A DNA stretch of 63,881 nt, filler included, from Sandaracinaceae bacterium (GTDB lineage Bacteria > Myxococcota_A > Polyangia > Polyangiales > JADJQN01): assembly GCA_947483975.1 (NCBI GenBank). It is 4 parts of 4 records of this genome, joined end to end, with 100 filler letters (N's around TTAATTAATTAA, not from the genome) between each part and the next. Parts side by side here need not be neighbours in the genome. Positions count along the whole stretch, not along the records: positions 17,226 to 33,988 come from CANKOL010000075.1; positions 34,089 to 50,799 come from CANKOL010000076.1; 2 more parts are not named here. One strand, given 5' to 3'. Made by a program: the position numbers and the translations under genes. Position 1 is the first letter of the stretch. Every line of letters starts with the position of its first letter. Of this stretch, positions 30,362 through 42,258 are shown in pieces. Under the pieces are notes generated by a model. It did no database searches and was not told where the DNA came from. It saw nothing but the letters and a program-made list of their open reading frames with translations.

Positions 30362-31950
30362 TGGGCGGGCAGCGCGTCTTTCTCTCCGGGGCGATGGGCA
30401 GCGGCAAGTCCACCGTCGCGCGCCTCCTCGCCGACTCGCTCGGCGTGCCTGCGCTCGACCTCGATCGGCTGATCGAGGCGCGCGTCGGCGTCAGCCTCGC
30501 GCAGCTCTTCGCCGAGCGCGGCGAGGCTGCGTTTCGCGCGCTCGAGGCGGAGGTCCTCGCGGAGCTGCTCCATGAGCCGGCAGGCGAGGGCGCTGTCGTG
30601 GCGCTCGGCGGCGGCACGGTCACCTCGCGCGCGCTCCGGCACAGGCTGCTCGAGGCGGGCGTGCTCGTGACGCTCGACGCGCCCGCCGCGGTGCTCGCTG
30701 AGCGTGTCGGCAGCGGGGCGACGCGGCCGCTGCTCGCGGGGCGTGACGCGCTCGAGGCGCTCGAGGCGCTCGCAGAGGCGCGCCGCGACGCCTACGCGGA
30801 GTGTCACGCGCTCATCGACACTGCGACGCGCACGCCGGCGCAGGTCGCGGCGTGCGTGGGCGAGGTGCTCGGCGAGACGCACGTCGTCGTGCCGCTCGGT
30901 GCGCGCACGTATCGAGTGGAGATCGGCGACGGAGTGCGGGCGAGGCTGCCCCGACGACTGGACGAGTTCGCGCACGCCGCGCGCGTGCTCGTGACGGACT
31001 CGAACGTCGACGCGCTCTGGGGCGCGGAGCTGCGCGCGCACATGGCGAGCGAGGCGTCTGCGCCCATCGGCGTCGTGCTCGACGCGGGCGAGGGCGCCAA
31101 GACGCTCGCGAGCGTCAGCACAATCTGGGACGCGTCCCTCGCCGCGGGCGTCGACCGAGCGGCGCTGCTCGTCGCGCTCGGCGGCGGCGTCATCGGTGAC
31201 CTGACGGGCTTCGCCGCGTCGACGTTGCTCCGCGGCGTCGCCTTCGCGCAGGTGCCGACGACCTTGCTCGCGATGGTGGACAGCTCCGTCGGCGGCAAGA
31301 CGGGCGTCAATCGCGCAGAAGGCAAGAACCTCGTCGGCACGCTGCATCAGCCGCGCTTCGTGCTGTGCGACGTCGGCTTTCTCTCTACGCTGTCCGCCGA
31401 GGAGCGTCGCGCAGGGCTCGGCGAGGTCGTGAAGTGCGCGCTGCTCGCCGGCGAGGCGGAGCTCGCGGCGCTCGAGCGCGATGCGGCGGCGCTCGCGAGC
31501 GGTGACGCTGCGGCGACGGTGCGCGCCATCCGTATGTCGGTCGCGCACAAGGCGCGCGTCGTCGCCTCCGACGAAGACGAGACGCGCGGGCTGCGCCTCT
31601 CGCTGAACCTCGGGCACACCGTCGGGCACGCGCTCGAGGCGCAGAGTGGCTACACGCTGCGGCACGGCGAGGCGGTCGCGCTCGGGCTGATCGCAGCGCT
31701 CCGCGTCGCCGAGGGGCTGTCCTCGACGAGCCCTGCGCTGCGAGAGCGCGTCGTGCGGCTGCTCGCCGTCCTCGGCCTCCCGACGGACCTCGACGCTCGC
31801 CTCGCGCCCGGGCTCTTCGCGTGGACCGCGAGCGACAAGAAGCGCTCAGCGGGCAAGGTCCGCTTCGTCGTCCCGATGGCGCCCGGCGACACGCGCGTCG
31901 TTCCGCTCGCCCCGGACGACGTCGAACGGCTCTGTCGCGCCGGGTCTTGA
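30361..31950 (+). CDS. aroB: Shikimate kinase / 3-dehydroquinate synthase fusion (AroK-AroB)
   Basis: GAMGSGKST and ALGGG kinase motifs, then LGGGVIGDLTGF, PTTLLAMVDSSVGGKTG, LNLGHTVGHALE, HGEAV. Confidence 0.93.
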   Translation: MGGQRVFLSGAMGSGKSTVARLLADSLGVPALDLDRLIEARVGVSLAQLFAERGEAAFRALEAEVLAELLHEPAGEGAVVALGGGTVTSRALRHRLLEAGVLVTLDAPAAVLAERVGSGATRPLLAGRDALEALEALAEARRDAYAECHALIDTATRTPAQVAACVGEVLGETHVVVPLGARTYRVEIGDGVRARLPRRLDEFAHAARVLVTDSNVDALWGAELRAHMASEASAPIGVVLDAGEGAKTLASVSTIWDASLAAGVDRAALLVALGGGVIGDLTGFAASTLLRGVAFAQVPTTLLAMVDSSVGGKTGVNRAEGKNLVGTLHQPRFVLCDVGFLSTLSAEERRAGLGEVVKCALLAGEAELAALERDAAALASGDAAATVRAIRMSVAHKARVVASDEDETRGLRLSLNLGHTVGHALEAQSGYTLRHGEAVALGLIAALRVAEGLSSTSPALRERVVRLLAVLGLPTDLDARLAPGLFAWTASDKKRSAGKVRFVVPMAPGDTRVVPLAPDDVERLCRAGS

Positions 31951-31970
31951 GCTCGTAGCCCGGCAGCCTC

Positions 31971-33329
31971 TCAGGCGCGGGCGAGCTCGATCAGCTGCGC
32001 GCGAAAATCCTTGCTCGGATCGACGCTGGCGAGCAGCACATCGCCCGGCGACTGCCCCTTCTCGAGCAGCGCGCCGAGGCGCTGCAGGTGAACGGTCTCG
32101 TCGGCGCCGTCCGCGTCGAGGCGCGCGCGCGCCCGGAGCCCCGCCCAACCGATGGCGTAGAGCTCGCTCGCCCACTCGCCAAGCGGCCGCCCGGCGAGCT
32201 CGGCGCGGAGCCCGTCCCGCGCGATGGCCGGGCGAGCGCGGACGGCAGCGTCGTAGGGAATGCGCGAGGCGAGCGCCTCCGCCTTCGCGAGCGCGTCGTC
32301 GTCGTAGAGCACGCCGGTGAACAGCGCCGGCAGCGCGCAGAGGATCGGCGTCTGCTGCGCGTCGACCGAGCGCAGCTCGAGCGTCCGCTTGAGTCGCACC
32401 TCGGGGAAGAGCGTGTTGAGGTGCGTCTCCCAGTCCGCCTGCGTCGCGCGCGCGCCCTCGAAGCCATCGCGCAGGAACGTGCGGAACGTGTGCGTCGTCG
32501 CCCGCTTCGCCTTGCCGTCGCGCTTGACGACGAACATCGGGATGTCGAGCGCCCAGTCGATGTAGTCCTCGATCTTCGCGTCGTCGCGCCACGCGAACGG
32601 CAGCAGCCCGGCGCGGTCGTTGTCCACGTCGAGCCAGACGGCGGCGCGGTGCGAGCGCTCGCCCGTCGCGCGGCCCTCGACGAAGGGGCTGTTCGCGAAC
32701 ATCGCCTGCAGCACCGGCGACAGGATCAGCGACACGCGCAGCTTGCGAACGGCGTCGTCGGTCGACGCGTAGTCGTAGTTCGCCTGCACGGTCGACGTGC
32801 GCTGCATCATGTCGACGGCGTATTGGCCGCGCGTCGGCAGGTAGGCGCGCATGATCGGGTAGCGGGGCTTCTGCACCCAGGGCAGCTCGTCGAGCTTCGC
32901 GAACGGGTGAAAGCCGATCCCGAGCCAGGTGATCCCAAACTCCGTCGAGATGTCCCGCAGCTCCGCCATATGCCCGCGGAACTCGGAGCAGGTCTGGTGC
33001 ACCGTCGCGTGCGGCGCGCCCGAGAGCTCGAGCTGCCCGCCCGGCTCGAGCGTGATCGACGCGTTCGCGCGATGGAGCGCGATGATGGGATCGCCCGCGT
33101 TTTCTGGCTGATCCGGGGTCCAGCCGTGTCGGGCGACGAGCTCGCGCAGCACCGCCGCGACCCCGCGATTGCCGTCGAAGGGGATCGGGTCGCCGCTCGC
33201 GACGTAGACGCCGAACTTCTCGGCCTCCGTGCCGACGCGCCACTGCTCCCGCGGCTTCTGCGCTGCGTGGTAGGGGGCGAGGAGGTCGTCTGGCCCGGCG
33301 ATCGGGCGGTCGTTCACGGGATCGGGCAA
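31971..33329 (-). CDS. gshA: Glutamate--cysteine ligase (plant/alphaproteobacterial type)
   Basis: VGTEAEKF, ITLEPGGQLELSG, KPRYPIMRAY, VQANYDY, FANSPF, HLNTLFPEVRLK. Start uncertain (33329 TTG or 33317 GTG). Confidence 0.9.
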   Translation of the reverse strand: MPDPVNDRPIAGPDDLLAPYHAAQKPREQWRVGTEAEKFGVYVASGDPIPFDGNRGVAAVLRELVARHGWTPDQPENAGDPIIALHRANASITLEPGGQLELSGAPHATVHQTCSEFRGHMAELRDISTEFGITWLGIGFHPFAKLDELPWVQKPRYPIMRAYLPTRGQYAVDMMQRTSTVQANYDYASTDDAVRKLRVSLILSPVLQAMFANSPFVEGRATGERSHRAAVWLDVDNDRAGLLPFAWRDDAKIEDYIDWALDIPMFVVKRDGKAKRATTHTFRTFLRDGFEGARATQADWETHLNTLFPEVRLKRTLELRSVDAQQTPILCALPALFTGVLYDDDALAKAEALASRIPYDAAVRARPAIARDGLRAELAGRPLGEWASELYAIGWAGLRARARLDADGADETVHLQRLGALLEKGQSPGDVLLASVDPSKDFRAQLIELARA

Positions 33330-33532
33330 AGGTAGGCGGCTCCGGAAAAGGCGTGGGGGGAACGACTCGAACGCGCAATCGGTCGCGGGACAGGGGCGGA
33401 CGTTACCACCTCGTGGCCCTCGCCCGGTATCTCCTCGACGCCCGGCGCCCTCGCTCGGGTGCTGGTGAAGGCTCCGCCTCAGGGCGAGTGGCCGCTGGCC
33501 GCTGACGCTCGTCGCGGCAGCTCGCGCCCGTC

Positions 33533-33988
33533 CTAGGGCTGACTCGCCTCGGAGCCACTGCAGTTCCGCAGCGACAAGGGGTTGTAGGCGCACACGGCGT
33601 TGCAGGCGCCGTAGCAGTCCGCGCACGAATACTGGCCGCTGACGGCGCAGTACGTGCCGAACACGGGGTCGGTGAAGCCACCCGAGTTCGCGCAGGACCA
33701 GTCGCCGGGCGGCGTGTAGCCGTAGGCGATCGGCACCGTCGTGCAGACCGTCGCGGCGAGCTTCCACGCGCGGCAGATGATGCTGTCGCCGGCGTTGTAC
33801 GGATAGCTGCCGCCGAGGTTCGTCGCGGCCGTCGTGTTGTAGCTCGTGATGACGCACCCGGAGATCAGCGGGTCGGGATAGCCGTGGTAGAGCGCCGCGC
33901 CCGACGGGAACGTGCGACCGCCCCACATGACGCGGACCGCGCCCTGTCCAGCGGCTTCCGAGCCACCGCCGCCGCCATACGCGCCGCC
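33533..33988 (-). CDS. C-terminal part of a Gly-rich protein with a Cys-rich terminal domain, 5'-truncated
   Basis: Frame is open to the contig end: GGAYGGGGGSEAAGQGAVRVMWGGRTFPSG, then a domain with 10 Cys. Confidence 0.75.
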   Translation of the reverse strand, partial: GGAYGGGGGSEAAGQGAVRVMWGGRTFPSGAALYHGYPDPLISGCVITSYNTTAATNLGGSYPYNAGDSIICRAWKLAATVCTTVPIAYGYTPPGDWSCANSGGFTDPVFGTYCAVSGQYSCADCYGACNAVCAYNPLSLRNCSGSEASQP

Positions 33989-34088
33989 NNNNNNNNNNNN
34001 NNNNNNNNNNNNNNNNNNNNNNNNNNNNNNNNTTAATTAATTAANNNNNNNNNNNNNNNNNNNNNNNNNNNNNNNNNNNNNNNNNNNN
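33989..34088. other. Artificial contig spacer
   Basis: N44-TTAATTAATTAA-N44. Confidence 0.98.
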
Positions 34089-35176
34089 CCCGCCGCGGCG
34101 AGCGCCGTCAGCGCGCGCGGCGCGAGGCGCGCGTCCCGCGAGCGCAGCGTGCCCTCGAGGTCGAGCAGCGCCATATCGTCGAGCGACGCGATGCAGGTCG
34201 GCCGGCGCGCGTCCGTCGAGCCGTCGCGGTCGACGAGCGTGCCCGGCGCGTCGGCGTTCATCGTGTCCCGGATCCGCAGCGGGATGTTCGCCTCCATCAG
34301 CGGCTGCATCGTGCGGGGGTGGAACATCCGCAGGCCGAGGCCCGCAAGCTCCAGCGCCTCGCGGTAGCTGAGGTTCGGCACCGAGTACGCCTCGGGGACG
34401 AGCGCAGGGTCGGCGGTCATCACGCCGGGCACGTCGGTCCACACCGTCACGCCGCGCGCGTCGAGCACCGCCGCGAGGATCGCCGCGGAGTAGTCCGAGC
34501 CGTTGCGCCCGAGCGTCGTCGTCTCGCGGTCCGAGGTCGCGCCGAGGAAGCCCGTGTGCACGGAGATCGGCTGCCCGTCGCCGAGCCAGCCGTCCGCGAG
34601 CGTCGCGGCGCGGGCGCGCGTCTCGGCCATCCGCACGCTCGCGTCGCCGTGCCGCGCGTCGGTCGAGACCCAGGTGCGCGCGTCGACGCGCTCGGCGGGG
34701 ACGCCCACGGCGCGCAGGCACGCGGCGACGAGCGCGGACGAGAGCAGCTCGCCGAACGCGAGCACGCGATCGCGCGTCTTCAGCGAGTCGTCGCGGCTCG
34801 ACGCTACCTGCTCGAGCAGCGCGCGCAGCGGCGCTAGCTCCCCCGCGATCAGCGCCTCGAGGTCGCGCTGCTGCAGATCCCGCGTCTCGACGCCCCGCGC
34901 GGACAACGCGCCGCCCGCCGACGCGAGCGCCACGGACGCGATGCGCTCGACGAGCGCCGACGCCTGCCCACGCTCGCCGCGCACCGCCGCCGCGAACGCC
35001 GCGAGGAGGTCGTCCGTGGTGTCGCCCATCGCGCTGACGACGACGGCGAGGGGACCCGCGCTCCGCTCCCGCGCGACGATCTCGAGCACCCGCCCGAGGC
35101 GCGCCGCCCGACCGAGCGAAGAGCCGCCGAACTTGAGCACCTGGGGCCGATCTGAGGCATCCGTGTTGACAGACAT
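34089..35176 (-). CDS. Aspartokinase (probably the N-part of aspartokinase/homoserine dehydrogenase), 3'-truncated
   Basis: [47 protein letters not shown]. Confidence 0.92.
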
Positions 35177-35220
35177 GGCGCCGTTATACTAGACAATGGC
35201 TCCACGCGAAGGAGAAAACG

Positions 35221-36507
<1,287 letters not shown>

Positions 36508-36524
36508 ACCCAAGGAGTCGCCCC

Positions 36525-37397
36525 ATGTCGCTGCGCATCGGTATCCTCAACCTCATGCCGAAGCTCGAGACGTACGAGCCTCTGCTGCTCGGCCCGCTGT
36601 CGCGCGCCTCGGTCGAGGTCGAGCCTGTCTGGCTGCGACTCGAGACTCACTCCTACAAGAGCAGCGACCCCGCGCACCTCGCGCGCTCGTATCGCACGCT
36701 CGACTCCGCGCTCGACTCGGGGCCGCTCGACGGCCTGCTCCTGACGGGCGCGCCCGTCGAGCAGCTGGAGTTCGACGAGGTGCGGTATTGGCCGGAGCTC
36801 TACGACGTATTGAGCTACGCCCGCGCAGAGGTCCCGAGCACGCTCGGGCTCTGCTGGGGAGGGCTCGCGCTCGGGCACGTGCTCGGCATTCCGAAGACCG
36901 TATTTCGACAGAAGGTCTTCGGTGTGTTCGAGAACACCACGCTCGACCCGGAGACTCCGCTGCTGCGCGCACACTCGCGCTCGTTCCGCTGCGCGCACAG
37001 CCGACACTCGGGCATCAGCGACTCCGCGCTCGAGCGCGCTGAGCGCGACGGACTCGTCCGCCCGCTCTCGCACTCTCTCGAGACCGGCTACTCGGTCTTC
37101 GAGACTCCCGATCACCGCTTCGTCGCGCACCTCGGACACCCCGAGTACGTGGCGGAGCGGCTCGTGTTCGAATACCGCCGGGACCGCGAGCTCGGGCGCG
37201 CCGATGTGCCCCCGCCGCGACACTTCGACCCGGAGGCGCCGATCACCGATTGGCAGGCCGACGGCGACGCGTTCTTCGACGGCTGGCTGCAGCTGGTCGC
37301 GCAGCAGCGCTCACGAGGGACCGCCCGGCTCAGTCCACCGTCGCCTCGAGCACGTCGAGCAGCTCCCGCACGCGCCGTGAGCCGAGCGCGGCGATGA
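36525..37397 (+). CDS. metA: MetA-family homoserine O-acyltransferase, probably acetyl-CoA specific
   Basis: IGILNLMP, TGAPVE (Glu at the acetyl-specificity position), catalytic LCWG, HSRHS, GHPEY. AAGGAG SD. Confidence 0.9.
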   Translation: MSLRIGILNLMPKLETYEPLLLGPLSRASVEVEPVWLRLETHSYKSSDPAHLARSYRTLDSALDSGPLDGLLLTGAPVEQLEFDEVRYWPELYDVLSYARAEVPSTLGLCWGGLALGHVLGIPKTVFRQKVFGVFENTTLDPETPLLRAHSRSFRCAHSRHSGISDSALERAERDGLVRPLSHSLETGYSVFETPDHRFVAHLGHPEYVAERLVFEYRRDRELGRADVPPPRHFDPEAPITDWQADGDAFFDGWLQLVAQQRSRGTARLSPPSPRARRAAPARAVSRARR

Positions 37398-38121
37398 CCG
37401 GGCGCAGCTCGTGGTCGATCTGCTCGAGCAGCATGAGCGCCTCGTCGCGGCGCCCGAGCGCGTCGAGCGCGCACGCCTCGACGATGGCGGCGTCCCGCGC
37501 GAGGTCCTGATCCTTGCCGGCGCCCGCGCCGATCCGCCTGGCGATCTTGAGCGCAGCCTCCGCGCCCCCGCGCTCTGCCTCGACCTGCGCCGCCAAGAGG
37601 TCGAGCCGCACATCGAGCTCCGCGTCCCCGCACGTGACCGCGCGCCCAACGAGCGCGCCGTGCGCGGCGTCGAGATCCCCGCGCCGCAGCGCGATCTCCG
37701 CCCGCGCGTGCCGCACGACGGCGCCGTCGATCGAGGGCAGCGCGCCCTCGTCGATGTCGGCGAGCACCTCGCCCGCCTCGACGCTCTGCTCGTCGGCGTC
37801 GAGCAATTCCGCGAGCGCGACGCGCAGCCGCGCGCGGTCGGTCGGGTCGCTCGCCTTCTCGAGGCGCGCCCGCAGGCCACGCAGCGCCACCGGGCGCTTC
37901 TCCGCGTCGAGGAGCGCCTCCTCCCACTGCTCGTCCAGCCCGCGGCGCTGCTTCCTCGCGCGCCAGCGCAGCACCTCGATCGCGCCGAGCAGCGTCAGCA
38001 CGCCGAGCGCGACGGGCCCGAGCACCCACGAGAGCCCGCGCGGCGCGAGGTAGCTGTACGCGACGTAGGTGAGGACGCCGACGAAGACGAGGCGGAGGAC
38101 GCGGAGACCGAGGCGCTTCAC
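37330..38121 (-). CDS. Hypothetical membrane-anchored helical (TPR-like) protein
   Basis: Two N-terminal TM segments followed by Ala/Leu-rich helical repeats. GTG start at 38121. Confidence 0.65.
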   Translation of the reverse strand: MKRLGLRVLRLVFVGVLTYVAYSYLAPRGLSWVLGPVALGVLTLLGAIEVLRWRARKQRRGLDEQWEEALLDAEKRPVALRGLRARLEKASDPTDRARLRVALAELLDADEQSVEAGEVLADIDEGALPSIDGAVVRHARAEIALRRGDLDAAHGALVGRAVTCGDAELDVRLDLLAAQVEAERGGAEAALKIARRIGAGAGKDQDLARDAAIVEACALDALGRRDEALMLLEQIDHELRPVIAALGSRRVRELLDVLEATVD

Positions 38122-38151
38122 TGTGCGTGACGCGTAGCACACTCGATCTCG

Positions 38152-38180
38152 TGGACGACCCCGGGGGCGGGGGCTAGCTT
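38152..38180 (+). promoter_or_regulatory. Sigma70-type promoter immediately upstream of the uvrB start (leaderless-type)
   Basis: TGGACG, 17 nt, TAGCTT, then 8 nt to ATG 38189. No SD. Confidence 0.55.
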
Positions 38181-38188
38181 GGCGCGCC

Positions 38189-40279
38189 ATGACTACTGCC
38201 AATCCGTTCAAGCTCGTGACGGAGTTCGAGCCGAAGGGCGACCAGCCCGAGGCGATCCGCAAGCTGATGGAGGGGCTCGAGGCGGGCGAGGTGGCGCAGT
38301 GCCTGCTCGGCATCACGGGCTCCGGCAAGACGTTCACCGTCGCGAACATCATCGCCAAGACGGGGCGCCCCGCGCTGATCATGGCGCCGAACAAGACGCT
38401 CGCCGCGCAGCTCTACGGCGAGATGAAGCAGCTCTTCCCGGAGAACGCGGTCGAGTACTTCGTCAGCTACTACGACTACTACCAGCCCGAGGCGTACATC
38501 CCGACGACGGATACCTTCATCGAGAAGGACGCCATCGTGAACGAGCAGATCGACCGAATGCGGCACTCCGCGACTCGCTCGCTGCTCTCTCGGCGCGACG
38601 TGATCATCGTGGCGAGCGTGTCGTGCATCTACGGTATCGGCTCCGCAGAGTCGTATTACGGGATGTTGATCGAGCTGACGAAGGGCGCGGAGCTGCGCCG
38701 CGACGAGCTGCTGCGGCGGCTCGTCGACATCCAATACGAGCGCAACGACATCGACTTTCATCGCGGCACGTTCCGAGTGCGCGGGGACGTCGTCGAGATC
38801 TTCCCCGTGAGCGAGGAGAGCAAGGCGATCCGAGTCGAGTATTGGGGCGACACGATCGAGCGACTCCAGTGGATCGATCCGCTCCGCGGCAAGTCGCTCG
38901 GCGAGCTCGACACCTATCCTATCTACCCCGGCTCACACTACGTCGCGCCGCCCGATCAGCTGCGCGCGGCGGTCGTCGCCATTCGCGCAGAGCTACAAGA
39001 GCGCCTCGCAGAGCTGGAGTCGCAGAACAAGCTCGTCGAGCGGCAGCGCCTCGAGCAGCGGACTCTCTACGATCTCGAGATGCTCGAGCAGATGGGGTTT
39101 TGCTACGGCATCGAGAACTACTCGCGGCATATGTCCGGGCGCGCGAAGGGCGAGGCGCCGCCGACGCTGATCGACTACTTCCCCAAGGACTTCTTGCTGG
39201 TGCTCGACGAGTCGCATCAGACGGTGCCGCAGGTCGGCTCGATGTACCTCGGGGACCGCGCGCGGAAGACCACGCTCGTCGAGCATGGCTTTCGGCTGCC
39301 GAGCGCCATCGACAATCGCCCGCTCCAGTTCACGGAGTTCGAGGCGCACATCGGGCAGGTGCTCTTCGTCAGCGCGACGCCGGGCGACTACGAGCTGAAG
39401 CAGACTCAGGGCGTCGTCGTCGAGCAGGTGATTCGCCCGACTGGCCTGATGGACCCGATCATCGAGGTGCGCCCCGTCGGCTCGCAGGTCGATGACCTCC
39501 TCGGCGAGATCCGGCTGCGCGTCGAGCGACACGAGCGCGTGCTCGTCACCGTGCTGACCAAGCGCATGGCCGAGGACCTGACCGAATACTATGCAGAGCT
39601 CGGAGTGCGGATTCGCTATCTGCACTCGGACATCGACACGCTCGAGCGCGTGGACATCCTGCGCGACCTGCGACGTGGGGAGTTCGACGTGCTCGTCGGG
39701 ATCAACCTCCTGCGCGAGGGCCTGGACCTGCCGGAGGTGTCGCTCGTCGCGATCCTCGACGCCGACAAGGAGGGATTCCTGCGCTCGCCGCGCTCGCTGA
39801 TTCAGACGATCGGGCGCGCCGCGCGCAACGTGAACGGCCGAGTCTTGATGTACGGGGACAAGATCACGAAGGCGATGACGTATGCCCTGTCCGAGACGGA
39901 GCGCCGCCGCGCGCTCCAGGCCGCGTACAACCTCGAGCATGGGATTACGCCGGAGTCGACGACGCGCTCGATGCACGCGATGACTCCCGATCTCGGCGGC
40001 AGCGACTACGTCACCGTGCCCATCCGCACCGCCGCAGAGGCGCGCGACGCGACCGAGCGCGCAGAGGCGCTGCGGAGCGAGATGCTGTTGGCGGCAGAGC
40101 AGCTCGACTTCGAGAAGGCGGCGGCCCTGCGCGACGAGCTGACGCGCCTCGAGAAGGGGCTCGCGCCGCGCGGAGAGGACGCGGGTCCGAAGAGCAGCGC
40201 AGGGCGCGCGGTGTCGAGCGGAGGGCGCGGCGGACAGCGCGGCGGGGGAGCGCGGGGCGGGGGGCAGAAGCGGAAGTAG
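38189..40279 (+). CDS. uvrB: Excinuclease ABC subunit B
   Basis: [58 protein letters not shown]-terminal UVR domain. Confidence 0.99.
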   Translation: MTTANPFKLVTEFEPKGDQPEAIRKLMEGLEAGEVAQCLLGITGSGKTFTVANIIAKTGRPALIMAPNKTLAAQLYGEMKQLFPENAVEYFVSYYDYYQPEAYIPTTDTFIEKDAIVNEQIDRMRHSATRSLLSRRDVIIVASVSCIYGIGSAESYYGMLIELTKGAELRRDELLRRLVDIQYERNDIDFHRGTFRVRGDVVEIFPVSEESKAIRVEYWGDTIERLQWIDPLRGKSLGELDTYPIYPGSHYVAPPDQLRAAVVAIRAELQERLAELESQNKLVERQRLEQRTLYDLEMLEQMGFCYGIENYSRHMSGRAKGEAPPTLIDYFPKDFLLVLDESHQTVPQVGSMYLGDRARKTTLVEHGFRLPSAIDNRPLQFTEFEAHIGQVLFVSATPGDYELKQTQGVVVEQVIRPTGLMDPIIEVRPVGSQVDDLLGEIRLRVERHERVLVTVLTKRMAEDLTEYYAELGVRIRYLHSDIDTLERVDILRDLRRGEFDVLVGINLLREGLDLPEVSLVAILDADKEGFLRSPRSLIQTIGRAARNVNGRVLMYGDKITKAMTYALSETERRRALQAAYNLEHGITPESTTRSMHAMTPDLGGSDYVTVPIRTAAEARDATERAEALRSEMLLAAEQLDFEKAAALRDELTRLEKGLAPRGEDAGPKSSAGRAVSSGGRGGQRGGGARGGGQKRK

Positions 40280-40486
40280 CGGCGTGAGCGACGCTCGAGC
40301 CAATTCCCACTTGTCAGCCCTCCGACGCGCATGGACGGGCTCGCGGCGTTGTGCGCCGCCATCACGCGCCCGGAGCGCGAGGGCATCGTCACCAAGCTCG
40401 CGCCGCTCGGCGCTCGGCGCGGGCGGGTTGGGTGCCGTCCACGCGTGGGGGATGGCGCCCGGCGGATGGGTCACGACGTCCGCCCG

Positions 40487-41167
40487 TCAGTTCAGCTCGC
40501 CGAAGCCCTGCGCGCCGACCAGCGGGACGTAGCGGCAGGCCTCGTGGTCGTCGATGCGCAGCTCCCCGCTGTGGCCGCGCGTCACGACCTGCAGGCGCTG
40601 CACGTCGCGGGGGCCCGTCGGGATGACGAGGCGCCCGCCGGGGGCGAGCTGCAGGACGAGCGCAGGCGGGATCTTGGGCGCGGCGGCCGTGACGACGATG
40701 GCGTCGAAGGGCGCGCGCTCGGGCACGCCGAGGGAGCCGTCCCCGACGCGCACCTCGACGTTCGTGATCCCCGCGGCACCGAGGGCGGCGCGCGCGCTCT
40801 CGGCGAGGGCGCGGTGTCTCTCGATCGATACCACCTGCCCAGCGAGCTGCGCGAGGATGGCGGCTTGGTAGCCGGAGCCTGTGCCGATCTCGAGCACGCG
40901 CCCGCCGACGGGGATGCGCGCGAGGATCGTCGAGAGGGCGACCATGTACGGCTGCGAGATCGTCTGCCCCGCGCCGATCGGGAGCGGCGAGTCGTCGTAC
41001 GCCTCATGGGCGCTCTCGTCGGGGACGAAGAGCTCCCGCGGGACGCGCTCCATCGCCTCGAGCACGCGCGCATCGGCGAGCCCGCGCGCGCGGAGCTGGG
41101 CGGCCACCATTCGAGCTCTCTCCACCGAGCGCGCTGCCTGCTGTGTCATGTGGGATACCATGACCAC
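40487..41167 (-). CDS. pcm: Protein-L-isoaspartate O-methyltransferase
   Basis: VPRELFV, GQTISQPYMVA, VLEIGTGSGYQAA, APFDAIVVTAA. Start may be about 41149. Confidence 0.95.
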   Translation of the reverse strand: MVMVSHMTQQAARSVERARMVAAQLRARGLADARVLEAMERVPRELFVPDESAHEAYDDSPLPIGAGQTISQPYMVALSTILARIPVGGRVLEIGTGSGYQAAILAQLAGQVVSIERHRALAESARAALGAAGITNVEVRVGDGSLGVPERAPFDAIVVTAAAPKIPPALVLQLAPGGRLVIPTGPRDVQRLQVVTRGHSGELRIDDHEACRYVPLVGAQGFGELN

Positions 41168-41207
41168 GACCCGGCGCGTTGGGAAGAGGTGCGCGGGAGC
41201 CGCCGCG

Positions 41208-42176
41208 TCAGGCGGGGTGGGCGGCCTTGTGGAGCGCCTGCTCGAGCTCGCGCGGGAGCGGCGCCTTCACGGAGAGCTTCTTGCCGGTCTTCGGGTGCGT
41301 CAGGGTCAGCTCGGCGGCGTGGAGGAAGTGCCGCGAGAGCCCGTCGAGGGCGGGGCCGCCGTAGAGCAGATCGCCGACGAGCGGGTGACCGGCGGCGGCG
41401 AGGTGCGCGCGGATCTGGTGGCGGCCCGCGACGGGCGCCTCGATCGTGAGCTTGGTGAAGCCGCCGACGGGCTCGGCGGTCAGGAGGTGCGTGATGGCGT
41501 CCCGGGCGCGGAGGCGCACGGCGTCGCGCTCGTCGACGCAGGCGAGGACCTTGCGGGCGTCGCGCGGGTGCGTCGCGAGCGGGTAGGTCAGCGTCGCGGG
41601 GGCGGCGACGGAGCCCTCGACCAGCGCGACGTAGCGCTTGGAGACGCCGCCGTCGTGGAGCGCCTCGCGGAGCGCGTCGAAGGTGTCGACGTCGCGCGCG
41701 GCCAGAAGCACGCCGGACGTCTCAGTATCGATACGATGGACGAGGCCGGGCTCGCGCCCGCGGTAGCCGACGCCGGCCATCTCCGGGTAGCGCGCGACGA
41801 GGGCGCTGGCCACGGTGCCGACCTCGTCGGAGCGGAGCGGGTGGCTCGGCACGCCGGCGTCCTTGTCGACGACGACGAGCTGCGCGTCCTCGTAGGCGAT
41901 TCGCAGGGGCAGCGCCGGGTCGGGCAGCGCGGCGAAGTCGCTCGGCTGCGCGAGCTCCGCCAGCGTGACGACGTCCCCCGCGGCGACGACGGCGCTCTTG
42001 CGGGCGCGGCGCCCGTTGACGCGCACCTTGCCGTCCTCGGTCAGCTTGCGCGCCTTGGCGCGGCTCATGTTGGCCGCGCGGCGCACGAGCACCACGTCGA
42101 GCCGGGCGCCAGCGTCCTCTGGGCCGACCTCGAAAGAAACTGCACCGGCCGTGAACGTCGCCGCGTCGTCTGTCAC
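41208..42176 (-). CDS. RluA/RluD family pseudouridine synthase with S4 domain
   Basis: RLDVVL...VRVNG S4 domain, [36 protein letters not shown]. Confidence 0.92.
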   Translation of the reverse strand: MTDDAATFTAGAVSFEVGPEDAGARLDVVLVRRAANMSRAKARKLTEDGKVRVNGRRARKSAVVAAGDVVTLAELAQPSDFAALPDPALPLRIAYEDAQLVVVDKDAGVPSHPLRSDEVGTVASALVARYPEMAGVGYRGREPGLVHRIDTETSGVLLAARDVDTFDALREALHDGGVSKRYVALVEGSVAAPATLTYPLATHPRDARKVLACVDERDAVRLRARDAITHLLTAEPVGGFTKLTIEAPVAGRHQIRAHLAAAGHPLVGDLLYGGPALDGLSRHFLHAAELTLTHPKTGKKLSVKAPLPRELEQALHKAAHPA

Positions 42177-42258
42177 CCGGGACGTGTCGCACGCAGACGC
42201 GACGAACGCTAGTGCGCCCCTTTGCGCCACGCCCCCGCGCACTTATGCTCCGCTGCCG

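Noticed and set aside
30361..31950. AroK-AroB fusion as a novelty
   Set aside because: Known fusion in several bacterial lineages.
35166..35190. TTGACA/TATACT promoter for metY
   Set aside because: The spacer is only 13 nt. The AT patch is better explained by the TATAAC box of the divergent aspartokinase.
37330..37397. 68-bp convergent overlap of metA and the TPR-like gene
   Set aside because: Low-complexity read-through tail on MetA, common in high-GC genomes.
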